Origin: an uncultured Bacteroidales bacterium
GTDB lineage: Bacteria > Bacteroidota > Bacteroidia > Bacteroidales > VadinHA17
Direction: 5' to 3'
Assembly (NCBI GenBank): GCA_963809855.1
Contig: CAWELF010000002.1
Span: 61,646 to 125,645, forward strand
Length of the DNA: 64,000 nucleotides
Program-made: the position numbers and the translations under genes
In this document: positions 41,106 through 56,236 of the stretch, piece by piece
Numbering within the stretch: the first letter of the stretch is position 1
Layout of the letters: every line of letters starts with the position of its first letter
Notes under the pieces: model-generated
What the model was told of the DNA's origin: nothing
Databases searched by the model: none
What the model saw: only the letters and a program-made list of their open reading frames with translations

Positions 41106-44100
41106 TTATTTCAGGCCACTGTTTGTCATCCTGAAATAGTCAAAAGCCACTTCAAAGTCGGCAGGGGTTTGTTGAGGAGCCTGCTGCATTCCGGGCATTC
41201 CCTGCCCTCTTCCCATACCTGCTCTGCCAACATCAGATCCATTGCAAACAATGAGTCCTACTTTGGTATCCCTGAGCACAACGTCAGCAGATCCCAGCTT
41301 TGTAAAGCTCTTTCCGTCGCTTGAGTATGATCCTGTTACAATTCCTCCCTTTTTCTCGAATTTAAGAATCAGAGAGAGGTTATCTCCTGAAACCGGATCG
41401 CTGGTCCTTGTTGAAGCGACAGAAGAGTAATAACCGTTCTTTTCAACAATCATATCCAGCACACCTGATCCAGCTCCTGCACCTCCACCTCTTGGACCTC
41501 TTGGATTTGACCTGTAAACGAGTTTCACAAAATTATCATCATCCTGTAAAGCAATTAATCCACCCTGTTGATTATTCTCAGAAGGTTTTCTCGAGAAGGT
41601 GACTTTTGTAACTATTACCCAGTCTGTGTTAGCGCTCTGAAGCAGTATATTTTCCGCAGTATTTGTGGTGCTAATTATATCACCCTTGGCTCCCTTAATA
41701 ACAAGAGCCCCTTTGGTCTTCGACAAACTCCAGTTGTCTTTGTTCTCCCTTTCCCAGCTCCACTGACTTCCCAGTGTATTACTGTTAAATTCATCACTTA
41801 CAGATTTAACACCAAAGTTTACAGAATACTCTTTTTTATCTACTGTTATATAATCTGCTAAGGTTATTGCAGCTGTTCCGGGAACTCCTTTGGCCTGAAC
41901 TAACTCAACCTTTACATTTGGATCGGCAGGTACAACAGTTACAACAGGCGCCTGTGCTGAAGCAGCCGGCATCAGGTAACTATATCCTGATAAATCCGGA
42001 CTGAAACCGGGAATAGCTTTGTTATTAACAGTAATTGAAGCCGGACGGAGGTCAGGCATAATTTTTATCGGGTAGCTTCCCGATTCTGTTTTATCTCCGA
42101 TTGTTACACTTGCTGTGATAGTTGCAACACCGACACCTTTGGCCGTAACAAGACCTTTTTCATTTACTGTGGCAACTGCAGTATTATTACTTGAATAATT
42201 GACTTTTGCCTTTGAAATGTCAAAAAAGCTGTCATCAGACATTGCTGCAGAAACTTTTGTCTGGATAGTTGCTCCATTTGGAAGGACAACATTTCCACAG
42301 TCGGCAACAACTGTTTTAACAACTGGAACAAAAGCTCCGTTCATAGTAGTTGTTACAGAACCGCGAATATCTTTTGAGGAGGATCCTATTTCAAATATGT
42401 ATTTTCCCTGATCAAATGCCATCTTATTGGTAGGCATGTCCCAAAACCAGAGGTCAACACAATTTATGTCGATTCGTACTGTTTTAGTCTGGCCTTTTGG
42501 TATGGTCACTCTCTGAAAACCTTTTAACCTTTTAATAGGTCTCTGTAAAGATGCAGGGCTGTCAGGTGTTCTCATATAGACCTGAACTACCTCGTCGCCA
42601 TCAAAACCTCCTGTGTTCTTAACATCTACACTTACATTAATTTTATCCTGTGGTGTAATAGAACTTTTGCTTATTTTGAAATTGGAGTATTCAAATGTTG
42701 TATAGGATATTCCATAACCGAATTCGTATGAAACATCTTTGTTAAAGTACCATAATGTACGGCCATTTTTACCATTTCCGCCTCTGAGGTTGTAATCTGT
42801 AATTGCAGGTAAATCGTTAACCGATTTATACCATGTGGCATTAAGTTTACCACCGGGAGTAGCATCGCCAAATAGAATGCTGGCTATTGCATCACCCTGA
42901 GCCTGACCATTGTATCCTGTAAAGATAATTGCTGCAACATTCGGTATGTTTTTGAATTCTTCAACCTCAACACAACCAAGTGTCTGCATCACGACAATAG
43001 TATTAGGATTAGCAGCCGCTACTTCCTTAATAAGTTCGACCTGGTTGCCTGGCAATAAAAGGGTGAGCCTGTCAGCTTCTTCAGTGGCTGTTTTTTCATC
43101 TGTCCCGACAAACACTATTGCAACATCTGAGGAGGCTGCAAGTGCCAGAGCTGCTTTATCAATCGGAGCATCCGGAGTTGCTTTGTAAACGAGGTAAAGA
43201 GTCTGAGGCCCGTTAAAACCTAATTTATTCACTTTTACTTTCATAAGACTGCCAGCTCCGTATACACCTCCTGATCTCGCTCCGGCTGCTACGTTTGCAT
43301 TCAGAGTTGTGAGGAGATTACCTTCTGGAGAACCGGCTTTGACTTCAATAATACCACCTTCAATAGGAATATTTACTACAATTCCGATGGTATCCACATC
43401 TGTCAGATCAATATTTTCATATGCGGTCCACGATCCATCGTCAATAGTCCTGACCTGGTCAATTGATCCCATTCCTGAGCCAACGGTAATCCCTTTCGAT
43501 GAAGAACTGTATTTTGTGGCATCATATTTAGTAACCGTACCATTCGATTTTCTTAATTCAAATCCTGCTATATAAAACAAGTTGCTTTTGTTAGAAGTGT
43601 TTCCACCTGAGCTATATGCCACCTCTGTCGATAAACCTTTCTCTGAAATATATTTCTTAATACCTGCCAGTGGTGTAATCATGTTTTCCTGTGCGGGTCT
43701 TCCTGAGTAGGGGCCAAGTTCTACTTTATCGGCCTGAGGACCGATTAAAGCGATTTTCTTATAATCGGCAGGATTTATTGGAAGCGCCTTCCTATTTATT
43801 TTTGCAACAATGTTGTTCTTTAACAGAACTGGGGTTTTTGTGGCAATTTCTTTTGCAAGTGACTTATTTTCAGGAGAACTTACAACATTAGGTTGTGCCA
43901 GTGCATAAGGAACCTTGCCTGCAGGATCAAATTCGCCTGTTCTCATCCTTACTGTAAATGTATGTAAAAGAGCTATATCGATATCTCCCATTGTGATAAA
44001 TCCCTTTTTCAGAGCATCGATGGTATTTGCCTGATATACACTTCCGCAATCGGAGTCAACTCCGGCCTTAAGTCCCTGGGCTGTTGCTTCTGCTGCTGTT

Positions 44101-44981
44101 TTTACATAATAATGCCCTGTGTATATATCTTCTATTGCTGCACAATCACCGGTGATGTATCCTTTCATCCCATAGGTTCTTCTTGCAATTGAATCGAGGT
44201 ATAGTTTGCTTGCTGAAGTAGGAACTCCGTTTACCCCGTTATATGACGACATAATTGAAGGTAGTTTATCTTTTTCAATAAGTTTTTTGTAAGGTGCAAG
44301 ATAAAATTCCCTCATATCCCTGCTATCCATTTTTGAGCTGCTGACATGACGATCGAACTCACTGTTGTTTGCGAAGTAATGTTTTGCAGTAGGAACTGCT
44401 TTCAAATATGTTGGATCTTCACCCATCATTCCTCTTACAAAACCACCGGCAATCTGTTCAACAAGGAAAGGATCTTCTCCATATGATTCACCTGTTCTTC
44501 CCCACCTTGGGTCACGTATTGGTTCAACCACAGGCGACCAGAAAGTTAGTCCCTTGGTGCCAGTTGCAAATATTGCTCTGGCTTCATCCGATATGGCTGC
44601 TGCTTCCCTTTGAATAAGGGCTGGATCCCATGCTGATCCGGTAGCAACACTGTTTGGAAACGAAGTAGGAGCCACCAAACCGGCTGAAGGGTTGGCAGAG
44701 GTCAACACTCCGTGAAGAGCCTCACTCCAGACATTATAGGATTTTATCCCTAAACGTGGAATTGCAGCCATGTTATTGCCAAGCAGACTTTCTTTTTCTT
44801 CAAGAGTCAGCCTTGAAACAAGATCGGCAGCTCTTTCTTCAAAAGAATAGGTCGTATTTAAATAGATAGGCTCTTTTGAAGCCGGAGCGACTGGTTCACC
44901 AGCTCTGTTTGCCGTTAGAAAGAGAATCATTATTATCCCGGCAAATGTTGGTAAATACTGTTTAAGAATCTTTTTCTTCAT
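41106..44981 (-). CDS. Long multi-domain GH3 (paralog P4, 1,291 aa; the most divergent copy)
   Basis: Same module order as P1-P3 (WSEALHG, RDPRWGRTGESYGEDP, KHYFANN, GYITGDCAAI; IDDGSWTAYENIDLTDVDTIG; YSSNNTAVATVNEKGLVTAKGVG; FDYFRM). Confidence 0.85.
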   Translation of the reverse strand: MKKKILKQYLPTFAGIIMILFLTANRAGEPVAPASKEPIYLNTTYSFEERAADLVSRLTLEEKESLLGNNMAAIPRLGIKSYNVWSEALHGVLTSANPSAGLVAPTSFPNSVATGSAWDPALIQREAAAISDEARAIFATGTKGLTFWSPVVEPIRDPRWGRTGESYGEDPFLVEQIAGGFVRGMMGEDPTYLKAVPTAKHYFANNSEFDRHVSSSKMDSRDMREFYLAPYKKLIEKDKLPSIMSSYNGVNGVPTSASKLYLDSIARRTYGMKGYITGDCAAIEDIYTGHYYVKTAAEATAQGLKAGVDSDCGSVYQANTIDALKKGFITMGDIDIALLHTFTVRMRTGEFDPAGKVPYALAQPNVVSSPENKSLAKEIATKTPVLLKNNIVAKINRKALPINPADYKKIALIGPQADKVELGPYSGRPAQENMITPLAGIKKYISEKGLSTEVAYSSGGNTSNKSNLFYIAGFELRKSNGTVTKYDATKYSSSSKGITVGSGMGSIDQVRTIDDGSWTAYENIDLTDVDTIGIVVNIPIEGGIIEVKAGSPEGNLLTTLNANVAAGARSGGVYGAGSLMKVKVNKLGFNGPQTLYLVYKATPDAPIDKAALALAASSDVAIVFVGTDEKTATEEADRLTLLLPGNQVELIKEVAAANPNTIVVMQTLGCVEVEEFKNIPNVAAIIFTGYNGQAQGDAIASILFGDATPGGKLNATWYKSVNDLPAITDYNLRGGNGKNGRTLWYFNKDVSYEFGYGISYTTFEYSNFKISKSSITPQDKINVSVDVKNTGGFDGDEVVQVYMRTPDSPASLQRPIKRLKGFQRVTIPKGQTKTVRIDINCVDLWFWDMPTNKMAFDQGKYIFEIGSSSKDIRGSVTTTMNGAFVPVVKTVVADCGNVVLPNGATIQTKVSAAMSDDSFFDISKAKVNYSSNNTAVATVNEKGLVTAKGVGVATITASVTIGDKTESGSYPIKIMPDLRPASITVNNKAIPGFSPDLSGYSYLMPAASAQAPVVTVVPADPNVKVELVQAKGVPGTAAITLADYITVDKKEYSVNFGVKSVSDEFNSNTLGSQWSWERENKDNWSLSKTKGALVIKGAKGDIISTTNTAENILLQSANTDWVIVTKVTFSRKPSENNQQGGLIALQDDDNFVKLVYRSNPRGPRGGGAGAGSGVLDMIVEKNGYYSSVASTRTSDPVSGDNLSLILKFEKKGGIVTGSYSSDGKSFTKLGSADVVLRDTKVGLIVCNGSDVGRAGMGRGQGMPGMQQAPQQTPADFEVAFDYFRMTNSGLK

Positions 44982-45717
44982 GATAGAATTTTAGGGTTTA
45001 TAGATAGTTGATAATAAGGTATGGGCATTTTTATAACTTATTTAAAATAAATATGATGAGTATCTTTCATCAGTAAAAATTGTATCAGATATTAAAGGTC
45101 TGTTTTTCATTCAGGTAAGATTCAGGGTTTTAATTACCAAATATAGCAATCAATTGAGTAAGCTGACTGGTGTATTTGAAAAATACTAATATACGGCTAT
45201 TTTAATTCCGTTGAAAAAAACTCCGGATTTTTTACCTTAGTGGACTGAGAAATACAATAGGTTCTTTAGTTTATGAGCGCCTCCGATTGTTGATTTAATC
45301 CTTGTGTAACATCGCGCCTTAGCGACATGGTGGCAAAAAAGGCATTTCAGAATAACCTTATTGTATAATTTTCTGCATAATGTTTTAATAAACCTGTTAG
45401 ATTTCACCTGTGAAAGCGTATAATTTCAATAACTATTTAACTGCAGGTAATTTGTAGAAACAAAAAGTCTTCTGCATTAACCTGTAGAAGTCGCTTCTTG
45501 TTTTGGGTATAACATCGAAAGAATAATTATAATGAACATATATAGTTTCTTAATGGTGAATTTTGAGATTTTTGTTTTATATTCACCTCATGAAACCATT
45601 GTTCCTGTAGCCTAACCAAACGACAATTAGTTTAATAATGAAATTGAACCTGCTTATTATTTGCCTGTTGCTGATAGCCAAACGATTTAAATAACCAACC
45701 TTAGTAAAAAACCTTAA

Positions 45718-46932
<1,215 letters not shown>

Positions 46933-46968
46933 ACATTCAAAACTTTGTAGTTATATTAATTGCTTTAA

Positions 46969-48255
<1,287 letters not shown>

Positions 48256-48258
48256 TAA

Positions 48259-49533
<1,275 letters not shown>

Positions 49534-49576
49534 TAACTGTATGATGAATACAAGAATGTCTTAAAAAACCATTTTG

Positions 49577-49620
49577 ACCGCAAATTCCATTACTTAACGG
49601 AATTTGCGGTTATTTTTTTT
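49577..49620 (+). terminator. Strong intrinsic terminator after esterase 3
   Basis: ACCGCAAATTCC-attacttaac-GGAATTTGCGGT (12-bp perfect stem) followed by TATTTTTTTT. Confidence 0.85.
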
Positions 49621-49630
49621 CTACCTTTAA

Positions 49631-52181
<2,551 letters not shown>

Positions 52182-52220
52182 TTATAGCTTCTGCTTAAAA
52201 TGCAGATGAATTCTAATATA

Positions 52221-52372
52221 TGAGTATCAGTAATCATGAATAAGATTTAAAAGCTTGAAAATCAATTTATTTACCCCAGCCCCAAGGGGAGTAAATTGAT
52301 TTTCTTCGCTCCCCTTGGGGTCGGGGTAAACGAAGAAAATCAATTGCTTTTAATCATGATTGCCGGTACTCA
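52221..52372. repeat. About 152-bp palindromic element with 19-bp imperfect terminal inverted repeats and nested alternative hairpins
   Basis: The ends are TGAGTATCAGTAATCATGA and TCATGATTGCCGGTACTCA (16/19). The interior is a1 GAAAATCAATTTA, b TTTACCCCAGCCCCAAGGGGAG, a' TAAATTGATTTTC, b' CTCCCCTTGGGGTCGGGGTAAA, a2 GAAAATCAATTG. Confidence 0.8.
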
Positions 52373-52419
52373 TTTTATTTTTTAAGATGGGTTACCACTA
52401 TCACAATTATTTTGAAAAT

Positions 52420-53562
52420 ATGAAGTCTTATATTCTAATAGTATTATTGTCTCTGGCAGGAGCAGGAATAATTTTTGCTCAAAATGCTCCTGAAGGTGTT
52501 CCTGCATCAACTAACATAACCAATGCAAAGTATCCAAGGATACTGCCTGATAACCGTGTGGTTTTTCAGATTACAGCTCCTCAGGCAAAGAACGTTCAGA
52601 TTGACCTTGGTAAGGTTTATGACATGCAGAAAGACGATAAAGGAGTCTGGACAGTTATCACTGATCCTCAGGTTCCCGGGTTCCATTATTACTCACTTGT
52701 AATAGACGGTGTTAAGGTCTCCGATCCGGCAAGCGAATCATTCTATGGAACAGGCAGAATGTCGAGCGCAATTGACATTCCTGAAGAAGGTACCGATTTT
52801 TACACTGTAAAAAATGTTCCTCATGGTGAAATTAGTAACAAAGTCTATTTTTCGAAGACCACACAAACATGGAGATACATGAACGTATATACACCTCCAA
52901 ATTATACCAGGACAAATGAGCAATATCCTGTTCTTTATATACAGCATGGAGGTGGTGAGGATGAAAGAGGCTGGGCAGTTCAGGGGAAAACAGATATTAT
53001 ACTCGACAACCTTATTGCTGAGGGAAAAGCAAAACCGATGATCGTTGTAATTCCTAATGGCAACGTATCTAAACCGGGAGTAGCCGCAGGCGGATATAAC
53101 GATGAGGCGATGGCTGCTTTTAAGGAAGAAATTGTTGGTAGCATTATACCTTTCGTTGAAAGCAATTACAGGGTAAAAACCGGCGCAGCCAACAGAGCCA
53201 TATCAGGATTATCGATGGGTGGCGGGCAGGCATTTTATACCGGACTTCGTAATACAGATATTTTTGGAAATGTCGGTGTCTTCAGCACCGGTCTGTTTGG
53301 TGGCATACAACAGCAGTCAGCGTTTGATGCTGAAAAAGTGATCCCTGGAATCTTGTCCAAACCTGAGTCATTCAACAGCAGGCTGAAAGTGTTTTATATG
53401 TCTGTCGGCGAGCAGGATCCGCGAATAGAACCTACGAAGAAGCAGGTACAGACCTTTAGAAGCAGTGGTTTAAAGGTAGAATTTGCTTCGTTTCCTGGTG
53501 CACACGAATGGCAGGTGTGGAGGAAGTCACTACATGACTTTGCACAGAGGATTTTTAAGTAG
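52420..53562 (+). CDS. CE1-type esterase 6 (canonical loop, no low-complexity insert)
   Basis: The ORF track starts at a TTG at 52360, inside the palindromic element. The ATG at 52420 gives the signal peptide MKSYILIVLLSLAGAGIIFAQ. Motifs are [17 protein letters not shown] and AHEWQVWRK. Confidence 0.8.
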   Translation: MKSYILIVLLSLAGAGIIFAQNAPEGVPASTNITNAKYPRILPDNRVVFQITAPQAKNVQIDLGKVYDMQKDDKGVWTVITDPQVPGFHYYSLVIDGVKVSDPASESFYGTGRMSSAIDIPEEGTDFYTVKNVPHGEISNKVYFSKTTQTWRYMNVYTPPNYTRTNEQYPVLYIQHGGGEDERGWAVQGKTDIILDNLIAEGKAKPMIVVIPNGNVSKPGVAAGGYNDEAMAAFKEEIVGSIIPFVESNYRVKTGAANRAISGLSMGGGQAFYTGLRNTDIFGNVGVFSTGLFGGIQQQSAFDAEKVIPGILSKPESFNSRLKVFYMSVGEQDPRIEPTKKQVQTFRSSGLKVEFASFPGAHEWQVWRKSLHDFAQRIFK

Positions 53563-53804
53563 TTTGTTCTATAATGCAAGGTGCTGGAAAGTTTAAGACT
53601 TTAACTCATATATTTTTAACAGTTTCAACTGGCTCTGGAAAGAGCCATATATGAATAACCCCCGGTGCAACCCTAATCTTTCATCACATCTCAATTTAAG
53701 TCAGGTGCAGTTTTAGAGAGGGAGATCCCTCTCCCGCTGAAGCGGGATCGGGATGACAGGTTGTTATTGGGTAACCAAAGGGAAAAAGAGGAGGTGCGCC
53801 GGAG

Positions 53805-55557
53805 GAGGGCACTGAAAAAGTATCCCTTATTAGAGTAGGAACTTAAAAAATCAGCTGGCAGGTGAAGTCCAAAATTTCATCTGCCAGTTTTTTTATTACA
53901 GTGCGAAGTGCAATTTTTTAGAGTTAAAGTCCTTCCGGGCTTATTATTTGGGATGCTTTTAGGTTTTTGGGGATTGGAAACTGTGTTAGTTCAATAATTT
54001 GAAGATCCTTTTCAGGTTTACAGTAAAAATAGCCATTGCACCCTGCATTTGCATGCTGTCAATTCCATACGAACTAGCCCTTCCGTATCCATGTATGTTT
54101 TTTAATTCACTATTTTTTGCTTCAATCTTATACCTGTGTTTTGCTTTTTCTTTGAAGTAATCTGTCTGTTGAAACTTCATTTGTTCCTGGTGTTCATCAG
54201 ATTTAAGAGAGACAGAATAGCTTTTGGTTTTTGAGGCAGGTTTATAACATCCATTTTTTAATGTACATGTTTTACATTTTTCGACATCGAAGAAATAGGT
54301 ATCTGTTTGGTTGGTGCTATAATTTTTCTTTCCCTGACGTGCTTTTCTAATAGCCATGTGTCCACCCGGACAGACAAACATTCCTGCATCTTTGTTGTAA
54401 TCAAAGGTATTTTCATGTTTACGGAAGCCTTGCGTAACCGAAGGATTCATTTTTGCAACGATTTTTATATCCTGACCACTGGCCAACTCAAGGTTTTCCT
54501 TTCCAGCGTAGGCTGCGTCGCCAATGATAGTATTTACTTCAATCCCATTCTCTTGACTGGCTTCAAGCAATGCAGGCAGCTCAGGACCGTCACCCTTTTC
54601 TCCGGATGTCACTACAGCCGCTGTAATAATACGTTCCTCTGTCATAGCGATATGTGTTTTGAACCCAAAGAATGAGGTGTCCGCTGTTTTATGTCCTGTC
54701 CTGGCATCGGGATCCTTTGAGAGTGTATAATGATCCTGGGTATCTTCAATGGTTTCCTTCAACAAGTTTAGCTTTTCTTTTACTTTGGGCATTGACCGCA
54801 GCACTTCATCTAACTCTATCTCCTTTTCAAGTTTACCACAATATGATAACTCATGTTCCAGATCATTATCTTCGTTCTTTTCGGGCATTCGCCCTTTCCA
54901 GTTCTCGTCTGTAGAATAAACCACCTTGCGAAGCTGACGGGCTCTTTCCTTCAACACTTCAATGGGTGACAATGGGTTCGACCTGGATAATGAATGTGTC
55001 GCGTCAACAATAATGGACTTCGATCTTATGATGCCTTTTTCTATGGCAATGGAGACGGTCTTGCCTATCAGAAGGTTTAACAAATCTGTATCCTTCAACC
55101 GCAGTTTCCTAAATTTGGTAAGCGAACTCGGGTTTATGACACCTTCTTCAGGTGTCATTTCCAAAAAGTACTTGAAAGACATATCACAAAGGGAACGCTC
55201 AACTATATCCACATCCGATACATCATATATCGTTTTGAGTAACAGGTATTTGAACATGCGAATGGGGCTTTCAGCATTGCGCCCATTGGTTAAGCAGTAT
55301 TTATTTACTAGCTCATCGTGTATGAACGAAAAATCGATTAGCTCGTTAATTTTTCGAAGAAGATTATCCTTGGGTACGATAAGGTTATATAAATCTGAGT
55401 AGGTACTAAGCTGAATCTTTTGTTGTTGTGCTAACATTTAAGTGCCTTTAATTCAGGCTTTAAGATACGAAAAAAGCAGTAAAATACAAAGTTTTCAACC
55501 TGTATTTTACTGCTAAATGTTTAATAATCTTGTCCGAGGGACTTTTTCAGTGCCCTC
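53805..55557 (-). mobile_element. IS1182-like (IS4/IS5-superfamily DDE) insertion sequence, copy 1, about 1,753 bp
   Basis: 17-bp perfect terminal inverted repeats (GAGGGCACTGAAAAAGT ... ACTTTTTCAGTGCCCTC). The flanking direct repeat is GCGCCGGAG on both sides. An internal bidirectional terminator hairpin lies at 53855-53894. A second copy sits 7,385 bp downstream. Confidence 0.85.
53986..55437 (-). CDS. DDE transposase (IS1182-family-like), 483 aa
   Basis: InsH-N/DUF772-like N-terminus (AESPIRMFKYLLLKTIYDVSD); IIVDATHS and IGDAAYAG D-motifs; a Cys-rich stretch CPGGH...CKTCTLKNGC; a YRYKIEAKNSELK E-motif. Confidence 0.85.
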   Translation of the reverse strand: MLAQQQKIQLSTYSDLYNLIVPKDNLLRKINELIDFSFIHDELVNKYCLTNGRNAESPIRMFKYLLLKTIYDVSDVDIVERSLCDMSFKYFLEMTPEEGVINPSSLTKFRKLRLKDTDLLNLLIGKTVSIAIEKGIIRSKSIIVDATHSLSRSNPLSPIEVLKERARQLRKVVYSTDENWKGRMPEKNEDNDLEHELSYCGKLEKEIELDEVLRSMPKVKEKLNLLKETIEDTQDHYTLSKDPDARTGHKTADTSFFGFKTHIAMTEERIITAAVVTSGEKGDGPELPALLEASQENGIEVNTIIGDAAYAGKENLELASGQDIKIVAKMNPSVTQGFRKHENTFDYNKDAGMFVCPGGHMAIRKARQGKKNYSTNQTDTYFFDVEKCKTCTLKNGCYKPASKTKSYSVSLKSDEHQEQMKFQQTDYFKEKAKHRYKIEAKNSELKNIHGYGRASSYGIDSMQMQGAMAIFTVNLKRIFKLLN

Positions 55558-55876
55558 GCGCCGGAGGCGCACCTCCTCTTTTTCCCCTGCCTCAGAAACG
55601 ATGCTGTCATTCCGAATGCAGCGAAGCGGAATGAGGAACCGAGTCCCGCAGTGTGGGACGAGTTCACCGAAGGTAATCCCCTTAGTTTCAAACGAGTTAA
55701 GCGAAGGTAATCCCGCCTAATCGGGAGGCTTTGCTCCTTCCCCCGTGGGGGAAGGTTGGGAAGGGGGTCGTTAACAAGAAAGACGCCTATTATGCCTGTC
55801 TCCTGATAGTCATAAAGAAAATATTCCTGCATTATTAATGTTTGTTAAGATTTATTAACAATATTTCACTAAAAGC

Positions 55877-55906
55877 TTTGTGATTAATTTTATTTTGATA
55901 AATTTG
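55877..55906 (+). promoter_or_regulatory. Candidate Bacteroidota-type promoter (TTTG-N18-TAAATTTG) upstream of susC
   Basis: TTTG at 55877-55880 and TAAATTTG at 55899-55906 fit the -33 TTTG / -7 TAnnTTTG consensus with slightly short spacing, about 330 nt upstream of the susC-like start. This is a pattern match only. Confidence 0.2.
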
Positions 55907-56236
55907 ATCTGCAATCTTAAATATTATATGCCTGATTGTTTATTAATTCATTTTTTCATCCGGAGTTTAAACTATGTTTTAATTGGTTGCTCCTTGTGTA
56001 ACTATCTTGTGATTCAAAGATAAGGCTCAACATGAAAACACCTGAATATAAATATATAACGAATGAATTTTAACCTATATGTAAATATAACCCTAAACCT
56101 AATTACCTAACTGCCTATGAAACAAAGACAATAAACACCCCTTTACTAATGAATCTTTTAGATTCAAACTTTAAACACATTAAAGTTTCCTTTATTTACT
56201 AAAGAAATTATTTTAGTTTTAAAAAATCATTTAATT

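Noticed and set aside
16495-44981. Diversity-generating retroelement or template/variable-repeat relationship among the long GH3 paralogs
   Set aside because: There is no reverse transcriptase in the window. The differences are spread over the whole genes and are not adenine-specific or confined to a C-terminal variable region.
54307-55402. Three + strand ORFs (122, 80 and 146 aa) inside IS copy 1, duplicated in copy 2 at 61692-62787
   Set aside because: They are antisense to the 483-aa transposase, which has clear DDE-family motifs. One of them changes by a non-synonymous substitution between copies while the transposase stays identical, so the transposase frame is the one under selection.
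55517-55832. ORFs 55517-55720 (+) and 55521-55832 (-) next to IS copy 1
   Set aside because: They are made of consecutive GC-rich hairpin repeats and overlap each other on opposite strands. They look like typical spurious repeat-derived ORFs.
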